Positions 46,273 to 56,290 of a stretch of DNA of 64,000 nucleotides are shown piece after piece. Location: IMG/VR virus record IMGVR_UViG_3300036401_000102, positions 2,723 to 66,722 of that record. One strand, written 5' to 3'. Position numbers and translations under genes: made by a program. The stretch is from a virus. How positions within the stretch are numbered: position 1 is the stretch's first letter; each line of letters starts with the position of its first letter. The notes under the pieces were generated by a model that searched no databases, had not been told where the DNA came from, and worked only from the letters and a program-made list of their open reading frames with translations.

Positions 46273-47931
46273 ATGGCCGACAATACCGCGCCGACCGTGA
46301 ACACCCGAACGGCGCCCGTGACGGTGCCGGTCCGGACCCCCGACGCGCTCAATCAGATGTCCTGGGGCGCCATCCCGGTGATGACGAACGCGGCGACGTT
46401 CGCCGAGATCGGCAATTCCGGCCTCAAGGCGTTCGCCGGCTACGTCCGGGAAGAGTTCCTGCCCCAACTCGTCGGGCGGCAGGCGGCGCGCGTCTACCGC
46501 GAGATGCAGGACAATAGCCCGGTCGTCGGCGGCATCCTGTTCGCGATCAAGGCAGCGATGCGCAAGGTCGAGTGGCGGTCGGTGCCGCCGAACGACAGCG
46601 GCGCGGCGCAGGAAATGGCTGACTTCGCCGACTCGCTCCGCAACGACATGTCCATCACGTGGGAGGACCATGTCGACGAAACGCTGTCGATGTTGACCTA
46701 CGGCTACGCGCCGCACGAGATCAACTACAAGCGCCGCATGGGCCGCACGCCCGGCGCCGATCCGCAGAGCCCAGGCCGCAACCTGCCCAAAAGCGAATAC
46801 GATGACGGCAAGATCGGCTGGCGATCGATGCCGGTGCGCGGGCAGGACACAGTCCTGAAATGGTTCTTCGATCAGAACGGCGAGATCAAGGGGATGACGC
46901 AGCAGCCATGGACCGGGCCGGTGGTCGACATCCCGATCGAGAAGATGCTGCTGTTCCGCACCAACACGTACAAGAACAATCCCGAGTCGCGCTCGCTGCT
47001 GCGCTCGGCCTACCGCTCCTACTGGTTCATCAAGCGCATGGAGGAACAGGAAGCGATCATGCTGGAGCGCATGAACGGCGTACCTGTGATCCGCGTGCCG
47101 GCGCAGCTCCTGGCCGATGCGTCTGCAGGCATCTCCGAAGCGGTCGCAGCGCTGAACGCGTACAAGGCTATCGTGGTCAATATCCGCGTCGATGAACAGA
47201 TGGGGCTGTTGCTGCCGTCCTCGGTCTACGAAGGAGCGAACGGCCCTTCAAACATTCCGCAGTATAGCTTTGAACTCGTCACGCCGAAGCAGGGCCGCGC
47301 CACGGTCAACGCGAACGAGACGATCACGCGGCACCAGACCAACATGATGACGTCGATGTTGGCCGACTTCATCCAGCTTGGGCACTCGGCGCGTGGCACG
47401 CAGGGCACGTCGACGAACAAGATCGACATGTTCTATGGGGCGATCGAGGGGTTCCTGAACGCGAACGCCGCGATTTACAATCGGCATGCGCTGCCGCGTG
47501 TGTGGGATCTGAACGGGCTGGACTTCGATTTGAAGCCCACGTTCGAGCCCGACATGGCGACGCGGCTCGACCTCGACGTGCTGAGCAACTTCATCCTGCG
47601 GCTTTCGCAATCAGGCATGCCGCTATTCCCGAACGACGAACTGCAGTCCTACCTGCTCGACGCGGCCGGCATTCCGGACGTGACCGACCCGATGGCGCTG
47701 GAAGCGGCCGGGCTCACTCCCGAACTGATCGAGCAGCAGTCCGAGCTTGCGCTCAACCCGCCGCCGCCTCCCCCGATACCGGGCCAGCCGCCCAAGCCTG
47801 GGGATAACCCGAACGACCCCCGCGCGACCCTCGAAAAGATCATCCGCTTGTCAATCGCGCGCCGAATGCACAGAATGGCTGGGCCTCGGTTCGGGATCAC
47901 CACGAAGAGGCACAAGCACGGGGCATCCTGA
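46273..47931 (+). CDS. Portal protein (DUF935-like)
   Basis: EIG.SGL....G...EEFL..L, Y.EM......V, ML.YG....E, NP..RS.LR.AY..W..K; position after terL. Confidence 0.9.
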   Translation: MADNTAPTVNTRTAPVTVPVRTPDALNQMSWGAIPVMTNAATFAEIGNSGLKAFAGYVREEFLPQLVGRQAARVYREMQDNSPVVGGILFAIKAAMRKVEWRSVPPNDSGAAQEMADFADSLRNDMSITWEDHVDETLSMLTYGYAPHEINYKRRMGRTPGADPQSPGRNLPKSEYDDGKIGWRSMPVRGQDTVLKWFFDQNGEIKGMTQQPWTGPVVDIPIEKMLLFRTNTYKNNPESRSLLRSAYRSYWFIKRMEEQEAIMLERMNGVPVIRVPAQLLADASAGISEAVAALNAYKAIVVNIRVDEQMGLLLPSSVYEGANGPSNIPQYSFELVTPKQGRATVNANETITRHQTNMMTSMLADFIQLGHSARGTQGTSTNKIDMFYGAIEGFLNANAAIYNRHALPRVWDLNGLDFDLKPTFEPDMATRLDLDVLSNFILRLSQSGMPLFPNDELQSYLLDAAGIPDVTDPMALEAAGLTPELIEQQSELALNPPPPPPIPGQPPKPGDNPNDPRATLEKIIRLSIARRMHRMAGPRFGITTKRHKHGAS

Positions 47932-48067
47932 TGCTCGCATATCTCCGGCAGATGCACGTCCTCGAAGACCGCATGACGTTCGTGCGGAGACTGTTCCGGG
48001 CCTATCGCCGTGAGCGCCGTCCGCTGGACGATCCGTTCCGGCGGCATCGCATGCGGAGGTGCTTCTG

Positions 48068-48822
48068 ATGAAGAACCGGGTAATCACGACGCTGATGAGC
48101 CGGGCCGTGATGTCTTCCGAGATCGCTTTCGCCATGGACTCACACCGCAAGGACGATATCGAGCGCGTGCAGTTCGGCGGCGCCCGCAACCGAGCCGCTC
48201 CCGGTCAAGGCGAGTGCCGCATCAACGAGCACTCCAGCCTCAAGAAGCGGATGCGCGCCGCGCGGCGGGGCATGTGATGTGGTGGTGGCTCATTGTGCTG
48301 CCCGTCGCCGTGCCTCTTGCGATCTATCTCGCGGGCGTCGTGTGCGTGCTGGTCGACAGGTGGACACCTGTATGAACGCCAACAAAGGATCGTGACCCAT
48401 GAAATTCGCCCTTGCGCTGATCGCCATCCTGATACCCACGCTGGCCGGTGCCGATTCGTTCTACCCGGCATGCCTCAAACCGGACGGTGACTGGCTCCAC
48501 GGCGTGACGCGCAAGGAATGTGTCAGCAAGGATCTGCGTGGCCGGTGGTACGGCGCCAAGACGATGCGCGCCGTCAGGCACGTGTGGTGAATATCATCCT
48601 CGCCGACGTCGGCCCGCTGATCCTGCTCGCGGCGATCTGCATATTCGGCGGCATCGCGGTGTTACGGCCGTGAAGGCGGCGGCCCTCGTCACAGCAATCG
48701 GGACTGTCGTGGCCGCCTACCTCACGCGCGGGGAATGGTTCATCGCTGGGACAATATGCGCCGTGGGCGCCATTGCGTGCCGCCTGATGCTGACGCCGCA
48801 CTACGGCAGCGAAGGCGGCTGA
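48068..48822 (+). CDS. Cluster of very small genes, several hydrophobic or secreted (48068-48277, 48278-48375, 48399-48590, 48670-48822)
   Basis: Chain of short ORFs with TM or signal-like segments. Confidence 0.45.
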
Positions 48823-49009
48823 CAAGGGTGCGAAGAATCGATGCAACTCTCCGCAGGGAGAAGACCATCCCAGCAGCAAGCTAACTGCTGAACAGGTTAT
48901 TTGCATCCGCGCCGACAAGAGGCTTCAAAGAGAAATAGCAGCGGACTACGGCGTAGCCCCAAATACGGTTAGCAGGATAAAGAGCAAGAAGCGTTGGGCT
49001 CATATTTGA
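48818..49009 (+). pseudogene. Remnant C-terminal HTH of an HNH homing endonuclease
   Basis: Reads ADKGAKNR...GEDHPSSKLTAEQVICIR...REIAADYGV.PNTVSRIKSKKRWAHI*; no start codon after the in-frame TGA at 48791; lower GC. Confidence 0.65.
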
Positions 49010-49366
49010 GTATCGTCTTTCGCTGACCGTGAATCTCAGATAGAACCGCTGCCACCGTATCCGCCAGCGCCGCCTCCGATATGCAAGGGGTGCTGATTAG
49101 AGGTGGCGCATCCATGTCCGTTAACGGGCATCCCGTTACGCGGTCTGACATTGCCGTCATCGCAGTCGTTGCATTGTGGGCGTGGGGAGTCGGGTTCGGC
49201 ATGGGTATGTATGCCGCCAAAATAGGGTTTCTCGAAACCAAGATTGAACAGAGTCGTCAGTGATAGGACCGAACGGCGTTCCGCATTCCCGTGTTCGGCC
49301 GTCGTGACAATGGAACACTTAAGCCGTATATGAGTTTGGTCAGCAGCATCGCATAGGGGCTCCAGC

Positions 49367-49747
49367 GTGTTCGGCTATCGGAAACCACAGCCGCACCCGC
49401 ATCGTCTGGATCCGAAGACGGCGGCGCTGCACCGCAAGCTCGACCATCTCATCCGCGCCATGGCGCACATGCAGGAGACTTCAATGAGCCAGTACGACGA
49501 CCTCAAGGCCATCCTCGATGCGCTGCATCAGACGATCGCGGACAACATCGCGGAGCAGAACGTGAAGCTGCAGGCCATCGCGGATGCGAATGCGGCCAAC
49601 GACCCGGAGAAGATCGCCTCCCTGATTCGGCAGGCGACGCAGGACAATGCGGACCTGATCGCCGAGAACACGAAGAGCAAGGGCGCGGCTGCTGTCGTGG
49701 CCGCTGCACCGCCCGCCGCGCCGGCTGCGGTCGACCCGGCCGCCTGA
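49367..49747 (+). CDS. Coiled-coil hypothetical protein (possible internal start at 49484)
   Basis: Ala-rich helix; internal CAGGAG SD before MSQYDD. Confidence 0.65.
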   Translation: MFGYRKPQPHPHRLDPKTAALHRKLDHLIRAMAHMQETSMSQYDDLKAILDALHQTIADNIAEQNVKLQAIADANAANDPEKIASLIRQATQDNADLIAENTKSKGAAAVVAAAPPAAPAAVDPAA

Positions 49748-49769
49748 CCGACTCGCGGCTCGATCAACC

Positions 49770-49800
49770 GGCCGGGGCTTCGGCCTCGGCCATTTTCATT
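49770..49800 (+). terminator. Intrinsic terminator
   Basis: GGCCGGGGC-TTCG-GCCTCGGCC followed by ATTTTCATT. Confidence 0.75.
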
Positions 49801-49811
49801 TGGAGGATGCG

Positions 49812-50444
49812 ATGAACTGGCTACCTGACGGCAAGGATGCGGTGAAGGCGGACCTCGGCGGCGGGCGCGTGGCGCGGATCGGGCGCAAGCGCGATAGCTG
49901 GGTGGCGCGAATCACTGGCGGCGACCCGGGCGGCGGCGCGTGCGGCAACTACCCCACGCTGGAGAACGCCAAGAAGCGGTTCGAACCTGGCTGGACGCCG
50001 GCCGACGACGTCGAATTGATGGCCACGCCCGCCTCGGCGCGCAAGCCAGGGCCACCGGTGAATGTGGCGAAGGTGTTCAACGATCAGCTTGCGGTCCGGG
50101 CCAAGGCGGCTTAATCTGGCCTCTGGTGAGCCAGTCGACGGAGACAGGTGAAGGGCGTCCTACGGGGCGCCCTTTGCTTTTGGGGCGCCGAAACGGCATT
50201 GTGCCAGTTCCAGCGAGATAGTGAGCGCATGATGGACAAAGACCGCGAGGTTCTCGCGATAGCCGAACTCCATACAGAGCGGATGGGTTCATGGCGGCCG
50301 TGGCGTGGCGTCTATGGGCGCGCAGCGCGTCTGGCAAAAGAGGGCAAACTCAAAGAGGCTGGCACAGCATCAATGCCGCCTCATGTTGTCTACGTGATTA
50401 CCGGGATGGGTCGCGCTGCAATCTCTCGAAAGACGCAGACATAG
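49812..50444 (+). CDS. Two hypothetical genes (49812-50114; about 50229-50444)
   Basis: GGAGG SD before the first; the second abuts the head morphogenesis gene. Confidence 0.5.
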
Positions 50445-50445
50445 C

Positions 50446-51564
50446 ATGGCCCGCATTCGCCCAGCCCGCGCCTACCAGCGCCGAGACGACCCGGCGATGC
50501 TGATTGCCGCGATGGGGCGCCCGGCGATCAGGAAGGCGGTCCGCGAGGCGCTGCGGCATCTTCCTGAGGTGATGGACGTCAAGCGGGCCAAGACGCTGTA
50601 CACCGCGGGGCGGTGGCGCGAGATCGCGGACACGATCAACTGGGGCCACTTCCGGGAGGTGCTCAAGGCGGCGTTTGAGCGGATCGCGCAGGTCTTCGAA
50701 GCCGGCGCGCGGCACGGGACGCGCAAGATCAACGCGGTCCATGCTCGGCGGGGCCGCAAGGTGCGGTTCCAGAAGATCAGCACGGCCGATCCTGTGCCCG
50801 TCGAGGGCATCATGAAGCTGTTCGGGCCTGTGGACATCTCCAAGGCGATCGGCGACCGGTTCAACTTCGACCGGTTCGACCGGGGCACGCAGGATCTGAT
50901 TCGCCAGTATCAGGACGACATGATCGCGCAGCTTGAGACCGGTGCGCGCGACACGATCGAGGCCGTGGTGCTGGCCGGCGCGCAGTCCGGGTTAGGCGCC
51001 GACGCGATCGTGGACGACATCCGCGCCGTGATCAATCTCACGGACCGCCAGGCGCAGGCGGTGCTGAACTATCGGCGCATGGTGACGGGGCTCGACAGCG
51101 GCGCGCTGCAGCGCCAGTTGCGGGATACGCAGTTCGATTCGGCGTTCGCCGCCGCCCAGGATGACGGAACGACGCTCGACGCGGCCGTAATTGACGAGAT
51201 GGTCAGCGCCTACGAGGAAAATTACCTGAACTATCGCGCCGACAGCATTGCGCAGACCGAATCAGTACGCGCCAGCAACGCGGGGATCCACGAAGCCTAC
51301 CGCCAAGCCATCGACCGGGGCGCGCTGCCGAGCGACGCCATCCGCCGGTTCTGGCAAACGTCGATGCTGGAGAACGTGTGCCCGGTCTGTCTATCAATCC
51401 CCGACATGAACCAAGACGGCGTAGAAGTCGGAGCGGACTTCGATAGTATTGACGGGCCGCAGGGTGACCCGCCTGACCCGCACCCGTTATGCGCGTGCTC
51501 GGTCGACGTGGTGACTGACCTAGACAAAGTGCCCGACGACACAACCGATGAGGAAAGCCAGTGA
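50446..51564 (+). CDS. Head morphogenesis / minor capsid protein (MuF/SPP1 gp7-like)
   Basis: RA..IAQTES.RA.N, W........CPVC and PP.PHP.C.C. Confidence 0.85.
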   Translation: MARIRPARAYQRRDDPAMLIAAMGRPAIRKAVREALRHLPEVMDVKRAKTLYTAGRWREIADTINWGHFREVLKAAFERIAQVFEAGARHGTRKINAVHARRGRKVRFQKISTADPVPVEGIMKLFGPVDISKAIGDRFNFDRFDRGTQDLIRQYQDDMIAQLETGARDTIEAVVLAGAQSGLGADAIVDDIRAVINLTDRQAQAVLNYRRMVTGLDSGALQRQLRDTQFDSAFAAAQDDGTTLDAAVIDEMVSAYEENYLNYRADSIAQTESVRASNAGIHEAYRQAIDRGALPSDAIRRFWQTSMLENVCPVCLSIPDMNQDGVEVGADFDSIDGPQGDPPDPHPLCACSVDVVTDLDKVPDDTTDEESQ

Positions 51565-52118
51565 CCGACTGGAGCCGCATGGAGCGTCACGTTCGGTACA
51601 ACAAGATTGCCGGGCGCGTCCGCATTCTCGCGGTTCTCGTCATGGCGCCGGAGGTCTATGCTGCCGTCAAATATCATTTTCCGATTTGGGACGACCTCGC
51701 AATGCCGCTGACGTTGGCCATCCACCAAGTCGGTGCGTTCATCCAGCGTCACACGGACATGTATAGGACAGACATATGACCCGCGTCATCACCGCCAACG
51801 TGAATAGTTTCATGCCAAATATCATCGTGCATATTCGGCTGACCGGCCTGCGTACGCTTGCGTTTCGCCTCTGGCTCGGGCGCATCGTGCTGCGTCTGGG
51901 ATGCCATATTATCGGATGCGGCGTGGTGTTCGAAAACGGGAGCGACCAATGACCGGACAGAAGAAAGAACAACCAATCCGCTATATTCAGTGGGGCCAAT
52001 TCCGCTACAACAAAATGGCATCACAGGATCTCGCGCCGGCCGACGACCGGATTGCGTCGGCGCTTGAAACGTTCTTTAAGGTGAACGGGAATTCAATCGT
52101 TCCAACGGAGCGCGGGCG

Positions 52119-52775
52119 ATGACCAAGCAGATGACGCCGCAGGAGATGATGGAAGCCTTCGCGCTGATGCAGAGCGCGATGGCCAAGATCGGCGCGCAAC
52201 TGCTCAAAGACGCCACGGTCGGCGACGTGCATGTGGCAACCAGCGGGAAGGGCAAGAAGCCCGCGCCTGTGGTCGGCGGCAAGGAGCCGGGTGACAAAGA
52301 ACCCGATGACGACCCGGACGATAAGGGCGGCGACCACCGCCCCGTTGCCGGCGGCGACCTCGCGAAGTTCGATCTCCACTTCACGATCACCAAGGCCGAG
52401 CCCGATCAACAGCGCGTCTGGGGCTGGGCCAGCGTGTCCCAGATCGGCGACTACGTCGTGATCGACAAGCAGGGCGACATCATCCCGATCGCAGAGCTGG
52501 AAAAGGCGGCATACGACTTCATCCTGCACAGCCGCGCGCAGGGCGACATGCACAGCAAGTTCGACGTTGGCCGATCGATCGAGTCGATGGTGTTCACGCC
52601 GGAGAAGGAAGCGGCTGGCATCATGGCGAAAGACGAGAACGGGAAGTCAATTTTTGGTTGGTGGATTGGCTTTCAGGTCGATGACCCGGCCGTGTGGGCT
52701 GATTACAGGAAGGGCATTCGCCCAGAATTCTCAATCGGCGGGCGAAGCGGGTGGGAGGGCGACGGCTCAGCCTGA
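52119..52775 (+). CDS. XkdF-like prohead serine protease
   Basis: V.GWASV, D.QGD.I...ELEKAAYDF, MH, ESMVFT, WWIGF.V.D..VW and FSIGG. Confidence 0.85.
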   Translation: MTKQMTPQEMMEAFALMQSAMAKIGAQLLKDATVGDVHVATSGKGKKPAPVVGGKEPGDKEPDDDPDDKGGDHRPVAGGDLAKFDLHFTITKAEPDQQRVWGWASVSQIGDYVVIDKQGDIIPIAELEKAAYDFILHSRAQGDMHSKFDVGRSIESMVFTPEKEAAGIMAKDENGKSIFGWWIGFQVDDPAVWADYRKGIRPEFSIGGRSGWEGDGSA

Positions 52776-52913
52776 CCCCAAGGAACACGTTCCTATTGCG
52801 GAACGCGCGGCGGAAGTCCTAGCATTGCGTCACTCAGGCGGCCGTTCGCGGTTGTTTCCTCAGCCCCCCAGCCCGCAGCGGCGGGCGGTCGCCTGGGCCT
52901 CGCGCGGGGCTTC

Positions 52914-53321
52914 ATGAAGATAGGACTGCTTTTTCAGGCGTTCAGCGGTCGATGCATCTATTGCAAATGCATGACGGTAATCGGCGCAGTCCACGAGATG
53001 GCGCGCAATCGTCTCAAGAGCCACGCAGCCACCAAGGACCATGACACGCCATTCGCGCGCGGCGGGGTGAGGAACGCGAACAACGAGGTGTTGTCGTGCC
53101 ATCGCTGCAATGTCGTCAAGGGCGACATGACCGGCCCCGAATTTCTGGAATTCCGCAAGACGGGTCGGCTCGCGGCGAGTTACATTGCGTATCTGGAGCG
53201 GTCGCTCGCGGAGCGAGGCGGCTTTGCAATCAATGGAGCGGCGCATGAGCGAGTTCACGATAGGGCGGGTGGCATTCGGGCCAGCGCCAGCATTGTCGAT
53301 GCCGTTCCGGACCCTAGTTGA
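52914..53321 (+). CDS. HNH endonuclease
   Basis: RCIYC, AT.DH..P.ARGG....N.V.SC.RCN..KG. Confidence 0.8.
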   Translation: MKIGLLFQAFSGRCIYCKCMTVIGAVHEMARNRLKSHAATKDHDTPFARGGVRNANNEVLSCHRCNVVKGDMTGPEFLEFRKTGRLAASYIAYLERSLAERGGFAINGAAHERVHDRAGGIRASASIVDAVPDPS

Positions 53322-53636
53322 ACCGCAACTCGGTCCTGATGAACTCGCCCGCCGCATCCGCGCTCTCACGCCAGCCATGCGGATGAAGGCGATTGAGGCA
53401 CTCGGCAATCTCATGTGCATGCACTGCGGCAGCGACGATCCGAAGTGCCAATGTTGGAACGACGAATGACCCCCACCGCTCCCATGATCGAGGCCGGCGC
53501 CCAAGCCATTCAGCGCGTGGTGGCGAACCGCACCGGTCGCGGGAAGGACTGGAGCGAGTTGCCGGAGACGAAGCGCGAGAGCTATCGTGAGGAATTCAAG
53601 GCGGCGTTCGCGGACGCGATGCGAGTCGCACGATGA
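53245..53636 (+). CDS. Two small hypothetical genes (53245-53469; 53466-53636)
   Basis: First follows a GCAATCAATGGAG RBS and ends C.HCG.....CQCWNDE; ATGA coupling. Confidence 0.6.
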
Positions 53637-53947
53637 TGGTGACCTACGATGCGATGCGGGTAATGCGCGAGTTTCTGATGGCGCGCGATCCGCGATGCGG
53701 TGCCGAGATCATGCGCGCGCTCAAGATGCAATCCGGAACGGTATATCCGATGCTGGCGCGCATGAAGAATGCCGGGTGGCTGGAGTTTGTCGAGACACTT
53801 CCGTCGCCAGATCAGCCACCGTCGCACTTCTATCGGCTATCGCCCGCCGGCCGTGCCGCTTTTCTCGACATGCTTTGTAAGCTTACGATACCGGACCATT
53901 TGTGGCGCGAGCCAGCGTTCGCGGACGCGATGAGAGTGGCGAGATGA
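53633..53947 (+). CDS. PadR-like winged-helix regulator
   Basis: G.EI......SGTVYP.LAR....GWL and FYRLS..GR. Confidence 0.8.
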   Translation: MMVTYDAMRVMREFLMARDPRCGAEIMRALKMQSGTVYPMLARMKNAGWLEFVETLPSPDQPPSHFYRLSPAGRAAFLDMLCKLTIPDHLWREPAFADAMRVAR

Positions 53948-54390
53948 GCAAGCGTAGCAATCGGCGTTTGCCGAGCCTCGTGACTGTCGAGCAGCTAGGC
54001 GACCTGCAAACGCGGTCAAATGGCGAACTGGTCTCCATGCAGTCCGACATCGGCAGCCTAATGCATGTCCATGGCGCCACCGTCACCAAACTGCGTATTC
54101 AGGCCGAGGCGATCAACGCGGTATTAAAAAGCCGCGCACGGCCGCAATTCGAGGTCAGCGACCATGCGGTGGTGCGCTATCTCCAGAAGATCAAGCGGAT
54201 GGACATGGACGCCGTTCGGCAAGAGGTCGCCGAGCGCGCCACAATGGCGGCGGATGCGAGCGCTGGCGTTATCTGCCGCGCCAAGGGCGACGCAGTGCAA
54301 TACGAATCGGATGGCGTTTACTTCATCGTCGCGCGCCACAATGTGATTGTGACGGTTCACCTTGGAGAGAACGGCGATGCCCACGCCTGA
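53944..54390 (+). CDS. Hypothetical protein
   Basis: VSDHAVVRYL...MD.D and ..IVTV motifs typical of a phage family. Confidence 0.65.
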   Translation: MSKRSNRRLPSLVTVEQLGDLQTRSNGELVSMQSDIGSLMHVHGATVTKLRIQAEAINAVLKSRARPQFEVSDHAVVRYLQKIKRMDMDAVRQEVAERATMAADASAGVICRAKGDAVQYESDGVYFIVARHNVIVTVHLGENGDAHA

Positions 54391-54437
54391 TTGGTCCAAG
54401 ATGTCACCGGAGATGCGCGAGATATTCGAACGCGCGT

Positions 54438-54773
54438 TCAGGCAATGGCGTGATGATTGGGAGCGATGGGCCGAGCACGTCTTCCGCTGCGAGCTACTAG
54501 GCCGAGAGCCCTGCATAGGCACTGATACTGATCAACCCCCGCCTCAGTGACACGATACAGTACGCGCGGATGTCGCGATGATAGCGCCGCATCAACGCGC
54601 TCGCGCTCCGATGTGACCCAACCCTCAGATTCGAAGCGATACAGCGCGGCATAGATCGAATTGCGCTTCATCCCGGTGGATTGCCACAGCCCGTATCCAT
54701 GCTGTCGGCTGTTCGGCGATGTCGCGAGCACTGTGAGCAGCGCGATAGATTCCACCGTCCAAGTCGCCCGCAT
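54438..54773 (-). CDS. PadR-like winged-helix regulator
   Basis: HGY.L...TG....SIY.AL.R.E.EGWV.S and PR..YR.T.AG. Confidence 0.75.
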   Translation of the reverse strand: MRATWTVESIALLTVLATSPNSRQHGYGLWQSTGMKRNSIYAALYRFESEGWVTSERERVDAALSSRHPRVLYRVTEAGVDQYQCLCRALGLVARSGRRARPIAPNHHAIA

Positions 54774-54865
54774 TGCTGGCCCGATTTTGGTTTGCCCGAA
54801 TAGGCGCCAAATATACACAGTGCGAGGGCCATTGTAATAGGCATTCATCCTCTTTGGATGCCGCA

Positions 54866-55747
54866 ATGCCCCGCGTTCTGAAAGACATCAAGATCAACGA
54901 AGTCTCGGGTGTCGACCGAGGGGCGGGCGAAGGCGTCCGCGTTGTCTTCATGAAGCGGCGCGACAATCAGCAACAGGAGATCGATATGACCCCCGAGCAG
55001 ATCGCAACGCTGGTTGCCGATGGCATCAAGAAGGCCATGGAGACCGCGCTTCCCGCCGCAGTGACGGCCGCGACCGCCGACATGGCGAAGGCCGCAGCCG
55101 CCGCGCAGGCCGAGATCACGCTGCTCAAGATGAGCGATGCCGAGAAGGCGTTCTGCGACAAGAAGGGCTGGGACGACACACAGCGCAAGGCGTTCGCCGC
55201 CAAGCCCGACGCCGACCGCGCCGCCGACATGGCGAAGGCGGCCAGCGAGGGCAAGCTTCCCGCCGAGATCGCGAAGGCGCTCACCGACGCCAACGCCGAG
55301 ATCGCGAAGCGCGACACCCTGATTGCCGACCTCAAGAAGCGCGCCGACGCGGCCGACGAGAAGGACGCGATTGTGACCTTCGGCAAGCGCGCCGTCGCGG
55401 CCGGTCTCAAAGAGGCCGATGGCGAGATCATGCGCAAGGCATACGCGGGCGACGCGGCGGCGCAGACCGAACTCGACAAGAAGTTCACCGAACTGACCAA
55501 GGCGCTGACGGCGGCCCAGGAGACCGGCAACATCTTCAAGACGTTCGGGTCGGACGGCGGCGAAGGCGGCGGGGCCACGGCACATGAACAGTTCATCGCC
55601 AAGGCGACCGAGCTTCGCAAGTCCGAGCCCAAGCTCTCGCCCGAGCAAGCGTACTCCAAGGTCTACACCGACCCAGCCAACGCCGCTCTCTCGATCCAGC
55701 ACCGCCGCGAAGAGGCTCTCCGCAAGAGCCACATCGTCGCAGCGTAA
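54866..55747 (+). CDS. Capsid scaffolding protein (probable internal start at 54986)
   Basis: N-terminal L....I.EVS.VD..A.....V..MKR; Ala/Lys coiled coil; internal CAGGAG SD; position before capsid genes. Confidence 0.8.
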   Translation: MPRVLKDIKINEVSGVDRGAGEGVRVVFMKRRDNQQQEIDMTPEQIATLVADGIKKAMETALPAAVTAATADMAKAAAAAQAEITLLKMSDAEKAFCDKKGWDDTQRKAFAAKPDADRAADMAKAASEGKLPAEIAKALTDANAEIAKRDTLIADLKKRADAADEKDAIVTFGKRAVAAGLKEADGEIMRKAYAGDAAAQTELDKKFTELTKALTAAQETGNIFKTFGSDGGEGGGATAHEQFIAKATELRKSEPKLSPEQAYSKVYTDPANAALSIQHRREEALRKSHIVAA

Positions 55748-55786
55748 CCGTCCATCCGGCCCACGGGCTAACGCAGGAGACTTGTC

Positions 55787-56227
55787 ATGGCGATCGAAGG
55801 CCCCGGCCTAGACATCGGCTACCTCACGTCGACGGGCGACATGCGCAATTCGTCGATCACGGGGACCACCCTTGGCGGCCCGAACGGGTCCGGCCAGTTC
55901 CTGTTCGTGAAGGTGTCGACCGCGAACGATTTCGTGTTTGCGGGCTGCACCGCGAACACCGATCGCGCCATCGGCGTGTTGCAGAACAAGCCGGCCGTGG
56001 GCGAGGCGGGCGATATCCGCTTCCTCGGCGTGAGCAAGCTCGTCGCCGGCTCGTCCGCCATCGCGCCCGGCATGGACCTGATGCCGGACACCGATGGTCA
56101 GGCGATCCCGTGGACCACGGTCATCTCGAACCAGCGCGTCGCGCGGTCGCTCAATGCAGCGACGGCAGTCGGGCAGGTGTTCTCGGCCATCATCTACGGT
56201 CAAGGCCCGGGCAATCTGCCCGCGTAA
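55787..56227 (+). CDS. Capsid decoration/cement protein (DUF2190-like)
   Basis: QF.FVK, AIGVLQNKP..GE and G..K..AG motifs; directly before the major capsid gene. Confidence 0.75.
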   Translation: MAIEGPGLDIGYLTSTGDMRNSSITGTTLGGPNGSGQFLFVKVSTANDFVFAGCTANTDRAIGVLQNKPAVGEAGDIRFLGVSKLVAGSSAIAPGMDLMPDTDGQAIPWTTVISNQRVARSLNAATAVGQVFSAIIYGQGPGNLPA

Positions 56228-56290
56228 TCGAACAGCGTGAACGTCAATTCGGCGATGCTGGCAAGCAGCTAAGCCAAACAGGAGGCCGCG

